Of a stretch of 64,000 bases of DNA, positions 1-13,069 are shown in pieces; within the stretch, counting starts at the first letter, position 1; each line of letters begins with the position of its first letter. This DNA is from Chiloscyllium plagiosum (Eukaryota). The stretch is from positions 67,917,873-67,981,872 of the forward strand of contig NC_057719.1 in assembly GCF_004010195.1 (NCBI RefSeq), given 5' to 3'. Below the pieces are notes generated by a model. The model saw nothing but the letters and a program-made list of their open reading frames with translations, was not told the origin of the DNA and searched no databases. The translations under genes and the position numbers were made by a program.

Positions 1-379
1 GCTATTTTGCACTCCTTACAGCAGTAGAGTAATCCCCATACTGAGATTTGGCAGAAATTGGTGTAAAACAGAGTCTGTCATGTGAAAGACCAATTCCAGT
101 TTATCAACTACCACATATAAAAATGGCCTGTTCTGTTCAAGGTTTATTGTAGATGCACTCATTATAAAGCTGTAAGATTTTCCATAGTTCTAGCAGAACT
201 GTAATTAATCCTAAATGCCATCTCTCCAGGGGAGCAGAAAACATTTTACATTTCTTACAATTTTATAAGTTTCTTTCTCACTCATATTTTATTAATCAAG
301 CTTACAAGTGAATAAGATAATGTTTCTCTGATGACATCAGAGTTCTACCAGGATAATGAATTAGATTGAGATCATTCAT

Positions 380-1130
380 GCAGCTTGCTCTTACGCTGTA
401 TCCTTTTCTACTCCCGCACCTATGCACCCCGTTTCCAAATCTCTCCTCACTCTTCAACCTACTCTATCTTTAAATGCCATCACTCTGTGCTCTTTTCTAA
501 AGCATCTTCTTCATTAATTTTATCAATGAGATGCTCCTCTCTTTCTCTCCTTGTTCATCTCCCAAACTCTCTCTCTGATTCCCACAAGGTGTTGGAAAAA
601 GAAAACATCATTTTAAGACAATTGTCATTAATGGCACCCTAAAAGAAAAATACCCTTTAGCACTTCAATTTTCCGTAATGTTCTGCCTGTCTCAGACCTC
701 TCTTCCAATTCTGTGGTTCTGAAACACAACATTGCCTCTCAACTGTCTTTAAGTTCAGTCTTTGAACTTCTCCAGTCCTGTTTGCACTAGGGTACCAGCA
801 CCATGCTGGCCTTGTCCAAAGTTTGCAATGATTTCCCCTGTTACTGTAACCAATGTGCTCTCCCATCCACCTCCATTGTCTCTCTGTTACCAGGCTATTT
901 GGAACTATTATTGCAGGATTCCATTCCATCTGTACAGAAGCAGTTAGCTCATCTGCCTTGATAATTTCTCCTCCCACTCCACATTGTCACCTTTTATTGC
1001 CACTAGTACATTCCCTAATGCTTATCTCACCTTCGCGCTCATGAAAAGCTGATTGATGCTTTTATCATCTCGAGATGCAATTATTCCAATGTCTTCTTTT
1101 CTTGCCTTTCATCGTGCTCAGATTCATCCT
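380..1130 (+). mobile_element. Highly decayed L2 LINE ORF2 remnant
   Basis: About 1043-1108 reads EKLIDAFIISRCNYSNVFFSCL, resembling the L2 motif EKLIHAFITSRLDYCN; pyrimidine-rich L2-like composition. Confidence 0.55.
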
Positions 1131-1189
1131 CTCAGGAATGGTTGAATCAGTTCTGATTATATTTGCTTTAGTTTAGAAGAATGAAGGAC

Positions 1190-1562
1190 TACTTTTTGGA
1201 AACAAATAAAATTCTAACAGGACTAGACTGTGTAGATGCAGGAAGGATGTTCCCAATAGCAATGGAGGCCAGAATGCTCATACACAAAGCCCACAGTCTT
1301 TGTATATGAGGTAAACAATTTAGGACTGAAATAAAAATAAATTCCTTCATCCAGAGAGCAATGAGCCTGTTGAATTTGCTGCTACAGAAAGCAATCGAGG
1401 CCAAAACATTGTATGATTTCAAGAATTAGTTCAATTTAACACTCTGGGGGAAAAGCAGCAACAGGTTCTTGAATTGGATAATCCACCGTGATCATAATGA
1501 ATGGTGAAGCAGGCTCGAAGGACTGAATGGCCTACTCCTCTACCTATTTTCTATGTTTCTAT
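1190..1562 (+). mobile_element. CR1 LINE 3' end fragment
   Basis: Ends ...ggctcgaaggactgaatggcctactcct...ctatgtttctat, homologous to the 3' end of the CR1 at 35100-36670. Confidence 0.8.
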
Positions 1563-2052
1563 TTCAATTTCCTAAATAACAGAAATCTTACACAATACTG
1601 CAAACAATAAGTAGTAGGGTGTTGTAGATAGGAGGTATATGCAGACATAACATTTTAGTTTTGTCAGTCAATTTCTAGTGACCATCTATGCCACTTGTAC
1701 TGAAGTCATGAACTTGCAGGTTCCACATTTATCAGAGAAAGTGATAATTAGCACAGAGCAGCCAGGGATGTTTCACTCTGACCATCAGCATTATTTACCC
1801 AGTGTCCACTGACAACAACCTGCACAAGTTTGAAACTTCTTCCACTGGCCTACCTGAGGACTCCCCCCGAGTAGGAGAGAATAGCATTTTGTGTCCAGTA
1901 ATGCTGAGTACAGTCATGTCTGTATGTTCAGATAACTCTGACTAGCATCTATACATGAAGCACTCAACATTATAATTAATTCACTTTCCTATGTTATAAA
2001 AGTACTGAAGATTTCTTAAATCCAAAATAGAAAATCAGAGTTCTTAAATCTA

Positions 2053-2250
2053 AACAGAAAGTGTTGCAGGCCTGGCAGCATCGGTGGAGAGAGAAACAGA
2101 GTTAACGTTTTGAGTCCAATGACTTCCAATGAAAAGTCATATTGGATTTGAATCACTGTCTCTGTTTCTGTTGCCTAGGATGCTACCTGGCCTGCTGAGT
2201 TTCTCCGTTACTTTTTTGTTTTAATTCAGATCTCCTGTATCCACATTCTT
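2053..2250. mobile_element. Degenerate palindromic Penelope-like terminal element (family 3)
   Basis: Left arm caggcctggcagcatc...agagaaacagagttaacgttttgagtccaatgac is an imperfect reverse complement of the right arm gtcatattggatttga...tctgtttct...gatgctacctggcctg. Confidence 0.6.
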
Positions 2251-2536
2251 TTGCTTTTATAACAGACTACTTACACTGATTTGCAATGAAACATTTTTCA
2301 TGTCGGTAATGGTAACTTTTCAGTAATTGTTCTAAATATTGAATGCCACACATATTTTGAAATGCTGAAGTCTCATTCACTGCGTCCAGTCACAAATGTA
2401 TCCAGTCATTCCACATTAAAAGTCTTACGTTTTCTGGTTCTTATACATTAGAAATAATCCTACTTTTGACTCAAAATGCTGGAGTTTCATCAAGTGTACT
2501 TCTAGCTGCTGTCTACATAACTGGTGGACTGATACA

Positions 2537-3866
2537 GGAGAAAGAGAGGACTGCAGATGCTGGAGATCAGAGTCAAAAAGTATGATGCCGGAAAAACTCA
2601 GCAGGTCAGGCAGCATCGGAGAGTTGACATTTCAAGCATAAGCTATTCATCAGGAATGTGGGGGTGAGGCCCAAGGAGGTTGAGAGATAAATGGGAGGGG
2701 ATTGGGGCTGGAGGGAACGTAGTTGGGAATGTGATAGGTAGATGAAGCTGGGGAGATGATGGTGATAGGTCGGAGAGGAAGGTGGAGCGGATAGCTTTGA
2801 AGGAAGATGGACAGATAGGAAAGTTCAAGGGGGTAGTACCAAGTTGGAGGTTTGGATTTCGGACAATTGGGGGGAGGGGAGATGAGGAAACTGGTGAAAT
2901 CAACATTGATACCATGTGGTTGGAGGGTCCTGAAGCGAAAGATGAGGTGCTCTTCCTTCAATCGTCGGGTGACTAGGATTTGGCGGTGGAGGAGGCCCAG
3001 GACTTGCATGTCCTTCGTGGAGTGTGGGGGGCAGTTGAAGCGGATGGCAGCAGAGTGATGGGGTTGTTTAGTGCATGTGATCTGAAACGTTCCACAAGTT
3101 GGCATCCTGTCTCCCCAATGTATAGGAGACCACATGGAGAGCAATGGACACAGTAGATGAGGTGTTTGGATGTGCAGGGAAAATCTCTGCCGGAAGTGGA
3201 AGGATCTTTTGGAGCCTTGGATGGAGCTAAGGGGGGAGGTGTGGGCACAGGTTCAAACACCTCACCTACTGTGTCTGTTGCTCTTGATGTGGTCTCCTCT
3301 ACATTGAGGACACAGAATGTCAACTTGCAAAATGTCTCAGAAAATATCTCCAGGATGCACACATTAAACAACCCCACTGCCCTGTGGCCATCCACTTCAA
3401 TTCTCCTTCCCACTCCGCCGAGGACATGCAAATCCTGGGCCTCCTCCACCACCAAGTTCTAGCCACCACATGACTAAAAGAAGAACACCTCATCTTCTGC
3501 CTTGCGAGCCTCCAACCAGATGGAATCAATGTCGATTTCACCAGTTTCCTCATCTCCCCTCATCCCACTTATCCCAGATCCAATTCCCCAACTTGGCACC
3601 ACCCTCTCAATCTGTCCTTCCTGTTCATCTTCCTTCCCGACTATCCACACTGACCTATCATCATCCCCATCTTCATCTATCTATCACATTCCTAGCTATC
3701 TTTCCCCTAGTCCCCATCCACTCCCATTTATCTTTCAGCCCCCTTGCCCCCCCATCCTCTCCCAACATGCCTGATGAAGAGCTAATGGACAACCTTTCGA
3801 ATTTCCTGCTCCTTGGATGCTGCCTGACCAGCTGTGCTTTTCCAGCACCACACTTCTTGACTCTGA
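2537..3866. mobile_element. Penelope-like element, 5'-truncated and inverted (two opposing GIY-YIG plus terminal repeat copies)
   Basis: Minus arm encodes FPCTSKHLIYCVHCSPCGLLYIGETGCQLVERF (GIY-YIG endonuclease); the plus arm from about 3255 carries the homologous sequence. Flanked by a perfect 12-bp TSD tggactgataca (2525-2536, 3867-3878). Confidence 0.88.
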
Positions 3867-4767
3867 TGGACTGATACATTCTCACTTGGCACATGACTGC
3901 AGTTTGTGGCACACCAGGATATATATTCACATAATGTTTAGTTGCTCGCTCTATACAAGTGATGTAATCATATAATATGATACTTCTTTCTTTAAAAAGA
4001 TATAGAATGTCTTAATATCAATATAGGTGTTCAAATCATTAATGTTTCTCTGAACAAATGAAATTTATCAGCAAATTTTTAAAAATTCATTGAACCACTG
4101 AAGAGTCTGTTATAGCTTGGTTTTTTTTCAAAGTTGTACTCATAGCATCCCATAGCTGGTAATTTTGTACCTCCATCTGTGGATTTGGATTCATCACTGC
4201 ATTAACTTACTGCACAGACCAGATCGTAGGGGATGTGCTTGATGTTGCTAATGTTATGTCACTTGCTGGTGGCGTTGTTGACATTGTACTGCTTGTTAGT
4301 ATGTTGATGTGGTCTCACTGGTTAGTGATCTTACTCTGGCAAGATGATGAGCTTTCCAGCTCAGGTGTAAGTCAAATATGTGCCTCATTTACTTACCAGT
4401 TTCAATGTCGATGATTTATGCCCTCAGAGAATCAGGTCTTCCAATAATATTTGCTGGCTTCCAGATTTTTATGATTAGATCCTGTGAATATGCAGTATGT
4501 CCTTTCAACAACTCAACCAAGATTTATAAGGCAAGTTGACTTTCTACCTGCAGTTGCCTTACTCCTTCCTGGTCACTTGAAGGATATATCTTGCTTGCTG
4601 GAGTAGTCTTATGCTTTCTTCAATTCAATAGCTCTGCTGTGGTTTCATGTCAGCTGCGACAGGTGTAGATCTGAGTGGCAGTATGGCAAGGTTTGAGTTA
4701 TCTACCTTTGTCTACCTACATTTCTAATGGTTCTTTTTACTGCCTGGTAATGTACCCTTGGTAATGT

Positions 4768-4891
4768 TGTGGAGATGCCAGTGTTGGACTGGGGTGGACA
4801 AGTCATAAATCACTTGATGCCAGGTCATGGTCCAACAGGTTTATTTGAAATCACCATCTTTCAGAGCGCTGTTCCTTCATTAGGTGAAGTG
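4768..4891 (-). mobile_element. Penelope-like 3' terminal fragment (family 2) with degenerate hammerhead motif
   Basis: Perfect 14-bp TSD acccttggtaatgt (4754-4767, 4892-4905). Minus strand reads cac-ctaatga-aggaacagcgctct-gaaa-gatg-gtg. Homologous to 29755-29865. Confidence 0.7.
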
Positions 4892-5994
4892 ACCCTTGGT
4901 AATGTGGCAGTGATGATGTTGAACCCACACTGTTCAACCAATTCCTTAAATTCTCTGGAGGTGAACAGGGTTCCATAATCACATATCTTTCAGGAATCCC
5001 TTCTTAGTGAACAGAACTTGTACTGCTCTAATATCTTTCACCTTTAGGATAAAAAAGTTAATGAGTAGTTGTACCAGTACCAGTCTTAATTGCATGTAAA
5101 ATCAGATTCACATTTTGCCATAGTCTGGGAGCAACTTAATGGCTTTCATACACCTTTTCTTTTGTATATTTCTGTACCTCCCGCTTGATCGCCTCACATT
5201 CACTTTACAACACAACAATGAACTGCATCCAGTCTTTCCACATGTAGAGTGTGGCTTATATTCCAATTAGACAATTCTTTTAATGCCTGTCAAGACATCT
5301 GTTCAATATATGACTGATTTAGCTCTGAGTTTACACGTCTCCGCTCCCATGTAGCCTTCGCGTATCTTCTGAAGAAGCTCTTCCTGTGTTGCTAATAGAA
5401 ATTCATCTTCTAGTGAGATGCCATCTTTGCTGGATCTGCCATATTGCTGGCTGTGTTTCCTGTATCCTATAAGGCCATGACTGAATCACTTGTAGAGAGA
5501 GCCTCTGTATTTCTTTATTTGGTCTCATCTCTAACTTGACTCTGTGTTTGTAGTGTTATGTAAACTAGGTGGTGGATCTGTATACCTAGTTTTTTTTTAA
5601 ATCTCACATTTCTTTTGTGGCGACACTGAGATAAGGCATCAGCTGGCACCATTTCCCTTCCTGGCTTATATTTCAGTGTGAAATCATAGATCCAAACCTT
5701 TTACTGTCTGCAGAGCTCTACATAGATTGTTTTGTAGATCTGCTTCTGTGGATGATAATTAGTCTTTATGCTGTTTCTCCCATAGAGATATGTATGGAAT
5801 TTCTCACATCCTCACACGTCTGCCAAAGGTTCTTTCTCTATGTTGGCATATCTGGTCTCAGCTGATGACAACTTTATTTTTCTGATGTAGTATGCCAGAC
5901 CTGTCTCTTTGGTTTTGAGTTTGTTAAAACTCCTCTCCTGTGAATCTGACCACTGGTAACATCACCTTCTTTCACCAGCTCTCAACGGTCTGTT

Positions 5995-6975
5995 GCACAG
6001 TCACAGAGTATGGAAACAAACCTTTTGGTCCAACCAGTCCATGCCAACCATTATCCCAAACTAAACTAGTCCCACCTGTCTGCGTTTCACTCATATCCCT
6101 CCAAACATTTCCTATTCATGTATTTATCCAAATGTCTTTTAAAGTTTGTAACTATACACACATCCATCACTTTTTCTGGAAGTTCATTCCACACACGAAT
6201 CATTCTCTGTGCAAAAAGGTTGCCCCTCATGTCCTTTTTAAATATTTCTCCCCTCACCTTAATCCCCCTAATCATGAAATGCCATCCACCTTATCTACAC
6301 CCCTTATAAATGTAAAAACCTCTATAAAGTCACCCCTCAATCTCCTACACTCCAGTGAAAAAAGTCCCAGCCTTTCCAGCCTCTCCCTATAATTCAAACC
6401 TTCCATTTCCAGCAACATCCTGGTAAATCCTATCTGAACCCTCTCCAGCTTGGTAATATCCTTCCTGTAACAGGGTGACCAGACTGGACATAGTACTCTT
6501 GACGAGGCCTCACCAACATTCTGTACAACTTCAACATGACTTCCCAACTCCAATACAAAGGTCTGAGCAATGAATGCAAGCGTGCTAAACACCTTCTTAA
6601 CCACTCTGGCGACATGTGATGCAAACTCCAAAGAATTATGTACCTGAACCCCTAGGTCACTGTTCTGCAACACGACCAGAGGCCCTACTTTCAATTATAT
6701 AAGTCTTGCCCTTGTCTGTTTTACCAAACTGCAATACTTTGCATTTATCCAAATTAAACTCTATCTGCTGCTCCTCAGCCTGTTGACCGAATCGGCCAAG
6801 ATCTCTTTGTAATCGTAGATAATCTTCTTCATTCACTGTCCACCATACCACCAATTTTGGTGTCACCTGCAAACTTACTAACCATGCCTTCCATATTCTC
6901 ATCTAAATCATTTATATAAATGACAAACAGAAGCAGACCCAGCACCGTTCCATTTGGAACACTGCTGGCAACAGG
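5995..6975 (-). mobile_element. CR1 LINE, RT C-terminal half and 3' end, frameshifted
   Basis: ORFs 6829-7026 (SSVPNGTVLGLLLFVIYINDLDEN...SKFAGDTKIGG), 6657-6902, 6272-6694 and 6087-6275 are consecutive CR1 ORF2 pieces. Confidence 0.93.
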
Positions 6976-7135
6976 CACTTGTGAGGAAAACACCTCATGT
7001 ACAGGATCAAGCCAAGGAAACTTCACAATACTTGCTTGTTTTTTGGAGCCTCTCTTTCAGAGGTAGCTGTGCCTTTTGCAGAACTGAGCTTGACTCTGAC
7101 AGATGTATCAACCATTTTGAAGATTTAGTATTCTG

Positions 7136-7276
7136 TCACATTCGTAATGCATCTGTATTTAGATACTTTCTGACCAACCTGTGCAAAGATGTTACACAAC
7201 TCTGGAATAGGTTGGACTTGAACCTAGGTTTCCTGGTCCAAAGGTAGGGACACAACCACAGTACCACAAGAACCCT
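7136..7276 (-). mobile_element. tRNA-derived SINE fragment
   Basis: Minus strand has A-box-like TGGtactgTGG and B-box GGTTCAAGTCC at tRNA-like spacing. Confidence 0.65.
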
Positions 7277-7374
7277 TGCATCTGTATTTAGCTTGGTCTG
7301 AGCTGGTTCTTTTGATGGCTTTATTATATAAATGGTTATCACAGTTTTACCATCTACACCATTGATCAGGAATT

Positions 7375-7620
7375 TCCTTTTATTCCCTTGGGATGTGGGC
7401 TTCATTGGCTACAACAGCATTATTGCCCATCTCTAATTGCCCAGAGGGCAGTTAAGAGACAAATCCTTTGTTTTGGGAGCAACCCTTCTTCAGATGGGCC
7501 TTCTGTAACATTGCTGCGGTCTGGAATCACATGTAGGCCAGACCAGGTAAGGATGGTTGATTTCGTTCCCTGAGGACTTTAGTCAACCAGTCGGGTTTCT
7601 GTGACAATTGACAGTGGTCA
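7375..7620 (-). mobile_element. LINE 3' tail and SINE-like fragments
   Basis: gggatgtgggc...gcattattgcccatctctaattgccc shared with 19605 and 22660; gagggcagttaaga...cacatgtaggccagaccaggtaaggatgg shared with about 40690-40790. Confidence 0.6.
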
Positions 7621-9019
7621 GGACTGGAGAAAGAGTCATAATCCTGTTTTTCTCTCCACAGATGCTGTTGGACCTGCTATGTTTCTCTCGAATTATCTTT
7701 GTTGGTTCCCCAGAATATCAGCTTGAGCTGCTGAATTACTTTCCCAGTGACATTTCCTCTCCACCTCTTCCCTTTCATTCTGCTCCTTTACACCCTTTGT
7801 ATGGTTCACCTTTATTTTTCTGCTGGAAACACATTCTGATTTACTTAAAGGCAAAAGATAGGCCAAGAAGTTTATATCGGCTGAAGGGTGTGGTGAACGT
7901 TGTCACCAGCAAAGATTTCTCATCAAGCTTTGTGTTGCAGGATCCATTTCAACATCAGGATTGCTGAAAACTTTACCCTTGCCTTTGTTGCTGTGTTCTC
8001 TTCTGGTACTGAAATACTGAAACTATTTCCAGTTTGATTAAGATCTTTGAGATCCAAGCAAATTGTTAGTCGTACATTTGGCACTTTGGTCACCACAATT
8101 TACTCAGTTTGCAGACTTTGTGACTTCAGTGACTTCCGATGTTCCATCTGTTTCAAACTTTTCTTGTCACTCTTTTGAAAGTTAGCCCTTTGGATAGTCT
8201 ATGCCTTCATCTGTCTAACTCATGGCTATGATCTGGTTGCATCTTTCCAGTTAAAACTTAAGTACTTCAGGATATGAAAAGTTGATCCTGCAGAATTTCA
8301 TCTGTGTCCTTAAATTTACATTTCGTGGCTTTAATTTTCAGTCTTGTCATTAACTTGTTAACATGCTCACCTGAATCATGTCCCGGGCTTCAAAATTCAT
8401 ATCAATAGGTCTGATGACTTAACTTAAGCTGGAACCGTGATTTTCTTTTAAAGTTGTCTGGCATCCTGCTATCATAGAAGCTATTCCTTTCCTCTTTGTT
8501 GGTGCCTAGAAAGCTATTGAATGTTACTTTTGTGAAAGCTTTTCAAATGCCTGTACATCATCAGCCACTAGTAGCCGGCTATCAGTCACTGCAATGGTGA
8601 ACATTTTTCACATGATTCAATCAGTTTTTCTCCCTTGCCCTAGCACTAATTTGGGCTTATTTTTAACCGAATTAAACAATAAATTTTTTATTGCTGTCAC
8701 CCTATTAAGTCTCCTGATTCCCACCCGTTAGAAATAATGAGACTTTAAACTCAAAGTGTTGGAGCTTCACCCAGTATATTTCTTGCTGCTTTCCACAAGG
8801 CCTGAAGCACTGATACATTGTACCCTGGCACATGGTGACGCAACAGTGAATATAGCACCCAGGGTATATATCCATATAACAATTAGCTCCTAGATGCTTA
8901 TGAATAATACAGCAAAATTGATTGTCACATCTCCTGCTCAGTGTTGCAGCATGTCTCTTTGCAATTTTTATCCTGACCCTTCTCCACTGGACAGGCATAA
9001 ATTTGACTTGGAGCCTTGA

Positions 9020-9195
9020 TCCCATTCCTTTAGTGTCACTGGGTCAGAATCCTAGAACTTCTCCCCAAACAGCATTGTGGGGTTACGTATAGCAACTGGT
9101 CTGCAGCAGTTCAAGATGATAGCTCACCACTACCTTCTCAAGGGATTGCCAATAAGTACTGGCCCAGCCTGCAATGCGCATATCTCATGACTGTA
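9020..9195 (+). mobile_element. 3' end of CR1/L2-group LINE (same family as 22660-24000 and 41000-41853)
   Basis: gtcactgggtcagaatcc...gcagttcaag...gctcaccactaccttctcaaggg matches about 41740-41850. Confidence 0.7.
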
Positions 9196-9329
9196 TGAGA
9201 AAACAAAATTGTCGTTGGGTACAGCAAAACAAGTGAATGGCCTTTATATGTAAAGTAATGCTGGCACTTACAACCAGCAGTTCTACGATGGATGGTATGA
9301 TGACCAAGCCTAATGCTGCCCTCACTCAA

Positions 9330-9540
9330 AGTTCACTGTCCATCATTATCTTTGTTCCTCAACCTACATCACTAGAATAAAAACAGATGAGCTGGTCTTT
9401 ATCACATTGCTATTTGTGATAAAGCTGTGCTGTGTGCAAACTAACTGATGTGCTTCTTCCCTCACAATAGTGATTACGCTGTAAAAGTGTGTTGGAACAG
9501 CCTGAAATCATGAATGGTGCTGTATGAGTGCAAGTCTTTA
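9330..9540 (+). mobile_element. DeuSINE-like (SacSINE1/AmnSINE1-type) 3' part
   Basis: atcacattgctatttgtg...gctgtgtgcaaa...cacaatagtgattac...tgcaagtcttt resembles the Deu domain and L2-derived tail; recognised from memory. Confidence 0.55.
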
Positions 9541-11382
9541 CCACTTCTCTTTAAATTTCCAAAACTACACTCCAAGGAGCTTTGCATTAAGCACCCCTAC
9601 TGCTGGCCTGTTCCAGGTGTGCTGGCTTGGAGTCCAAAAGAAAAGGGCCCAAGCTGGGTTTTTTGAAATTTGATCAGAATAAATAACTGCTCACTATTCA
9701 TAGTTCCTCAGTTGCTCTAATTGTGCTGGGAACATACCAAGAAGTGAGTCCATGTTTGGAATAAACAAGCTATGAGACTGCTGAGGTCTAACTATTGTAA
9801 CACACTACAAGCACCTCTGATCAGTCATACTGAATTTCTATACAAGCAGTACCTTAAGAAATGTGTTTCACTTAGAACAAAGTTCCACTTGGTGTCAAGG
9901 AGCAGGCCTTTCCAGTAAGAAAAGTGGTTGGGGTTGGGGGTGGGGTGGGGCAGGGGTGTTCCCGGTGAATGCTGAGAGTGGTGACTCTGAAGAGAAGGAT
10001 ACTTTCATGATCCCATTAGCATAAGAGAAGTTAAATTATTCATGATGTGATCCTATGGGGAGAAGTAAAGTTAATGCATATAGTTTTTAACTCTCTTCCT
10101 CTCTGCTGTGAGAATGAACTCCTGCTGCATTCAGTACTCAGCCATTTACTGAAAGCTCCAGTGGCATGTTAGAAGTCAGTGGTGCTGTGAACACAGAGAT
10201 TCATCTCACGAGTGCAGATCTCAACAGTCCATCTGGATGAGTTCCAAAAGGTGATTAAACAAATTGATCAGCATTAGTTGCCATGTCACATGTCCAAAAC
10301 TCTGGATTAAAAGAAAAAGACATCTGACTTGGGGCCAAGGTGCTAACATCATCTTTTTTACAGTGTTCAGATGGCCTATAGCGTTTGTGCCACCTTTGTA
10401 TCCGTATGGTCTGTAATCATGAACAGGTTGTGTAAATGGCCTCTCAGTAGCAGTATCTGTTCCCAGAGAACTGTGCGATTCATATTAACTAGGTCAATAT
10501 TGTGCTACTTTAGACAGAGAGGGAATAAGTAACAGGAATGAGGAATCTAGACTGATGAGGGTGTGGCAAAAATGTGTTCTAGAAGCTAATGAGTTTGGGA
10601 GATAGCTAAATTATATGTAAATTATACGTAAAATTCAGTTTTATAGAATGATTGCTGAATGGAAACATTTAGTAGTATATTCAAATCTGTGTTTTTAGAA
10701 GTGTTTAGCTAGGCATATGGACTGTTAAAAGTAAAGTGAAAAAATACTATTTGGCTGTTTGGAAAAGCAAATATTTTGCAGTAGAGCCAATAATTAGGAA
10801 GTAGGGTTGATAACACTTTATGATACAAGTAAAATTAGAACAACACGCAATTAGATAGCAGTGGAACAAATAGAACCTACTTCGTACTTAGGCTTTACGA
10901 ATACTTCAATCTTGGGCATCTTGAATTCGAATGTCTTGATCAGCCTTCTTTGGGAATGAGACAGCCAATTCATTGAAGGAAACACCTGCAGGCTGACATT
11001 ATGCCTAGCCTGCCCATTCCACAGCAGTCTTTGTGGAGTGTGTTATTGGGAATTATCACTGGCAGCAAAGCCAACTGTGCCTTTTTAGTCTTATTGTACA
11101 GATTAATGGCAATAAATCAGCACGTTTTTCAAAAAATAAACTGAGGTTATTGAACAACAAAAATGATCAGGCTAATTATTTATATTGATAGAAAATTACA
11201 AATAGGATGAGTTCCAATACAATGTTTTTTTTTGGTTGCTTGATAGATAAATTCGGCCTTCTGCAAAGGAAAAGCCATCTTTGTCATCTTCTACTAGGTC
11301 AGTTGTTTTATACACAACGGTGTCATCATATTGCATGTAACAATCAAACATAAATGTGTAGCGTATTTCTAGTTATTAAAGG

Positions 11383-11401
11383 TATATATATATATATATA
11401 T
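11383..11401. repeat. (TA)n microsatellite
   Basis: Direct reading. Confidence 0.9.
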
Positions 11402-13069
11402 CTGTGAAAAAGTTGATTGCTATTAAGTAAAACAAATGTCTGTTGCATGCTCCTTCTAATGATCCTTTCATTTGACTTTTAGATGTACGTTTCTTCAAAA
11501 ATCTAAATAATAACATATTGATTTCAAAGTGTGCTTAGTCTTGTGTAGAAATGTGTTTGCATGTGTTCATAGTGAAGAAATTGCATGCATCAATCAGAGG
11601 AGTGAATCAGGACTATAATAAAAGCAATTAATGGCCTCATATTTACCAATCTAAAACTTTATAATGCCTGGACCGCTTTTAATTCTATGGAGATAAAACT
11701 TAATATTGGCTACAGTTTTGAATGCATCACAAATGGGCAAAATGAGTGACAATGTTTCAGACCAAAAAAAACTTTAGATATAAACTGTTTTATTTTCTCA
11801 TGTCTGTCTTGATCTTCTTAGAATGAGTGTTTTTCCTTCAAACCTTCATAACCTCTTAAATACTCTCAGTTAAAATATAAATTGTATATTTTCTTGTCAC
11901 TTCTTTTCTCCTGGACTCCATTTCACTGTAACCTGATGAACAACATGACAACATGCTTTTCCTGCTTAAGATTATAGTTATTAGAACTCGATTCTTACCT
12001 GGGAGGTAGCAGTTTCTGATCCCAGCTAGCAAGAAAATTTTGAAAACAAACCTAAAGCGAGGCAGCCTAACTGCTTATTTTACCCAGCTGCTGTTGCCTC
12101 CCCCCCTCTCTCATAGAGAACACACTGCTGAGCTGATGTGGATCCATCCTCTGGCACCGCCAAACATAAACACATTTGACTTCAGTCTAGTTAATATGCC
12201 CAAACAATTTCTGGTTCAGTAATTTTTATGACTATATGTTGCAAGTATTTCAACAGACTGAATGGAACCAAATTACACACCCACCATTTCATCTGTCCGA
12301 CATCCAAATATGCAAAGGAAAGACTTTCTTCTTGAGTGTATGAAAGAATTCTGAATTAACTTTGTTGAAATGACCAATTGTAGTGTTACAGCATAATCTG
12401 CACTGTGTAAAAATTTGTTTTGGGATAATGCTTTCATCTGAAAGCACATGCTGAATATATTCACTGGTAGATTATTTTAAATGAAAATATGTTTGATATA
12501 TTTAGTGACTATTTATTCACTATGATCAATATGAGTGTAATTGGCAATCTGTAAAAAAAATACAAAACTTAATTACAGGGATCTGATACATTTTGGTTTT
12601 GTTGCAAATTTAGAACTTTGGCCTTGTCACTGCAAGTCCAGAACGTTTTGCCGAATGTAATTTGGATTGATGACCTATGTGAGACACTTTTAAGTTACTC
12701 TATCAAAAACATGAGTGTGTGCCAACAGCACAGATTCAACCTTCCTTTTTGCATAATTGCCACCTTTGTAATCACTTATAAATGAATGGCAATGTCACAA
12801 CCAAGGAATCTGTACCTCAAAGAAACAATTTAAAAAAAATATTGCTAGTTGTTCATAAAGCAAAACATATTTGATGTGAAGAAAATGAACCCAGACTTTC
12901 CTGTGTCATAAGACAAGAACAGCCTTCAAGAAGTTGCCTGCTACACGTTTTATTATTCAGTATAGCTATTGGTGATGTTAAAGTGAATAATTTAGAAAGA
13001 AGTTCTGTGCTTGCTGCAGAAATGTGGCATTAATTTGAATTTTATGTATTCTTCGATTGTTAGTGATAT

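Larger units (their letters stand above)
2404..8950 (-). mobile_element. Old Gypsy-type LTR retrotransposon with nested insertions
   Basis: Homologous direct repeats at about 2415-2536 plus 3879-3985 and about 8695-8920 (putative LTRs). Minus-strand pol remnants in Gypsy order: RT-like CLDLK near 8050, RNase H LSSAETRYANIEKEPLADV*GCEKFH near 5795-5870, integrase-like RLWQNV near 5110-5130. Confidence 0.7.

Noticed and set aside
7462..7493. Additional hammerhead on the minus strand (ctgaagaagggttgctcccaaaac)
   Set aside because: The GAAA box is mutated and there is no stem I or clear TSD; at most a dead relic.
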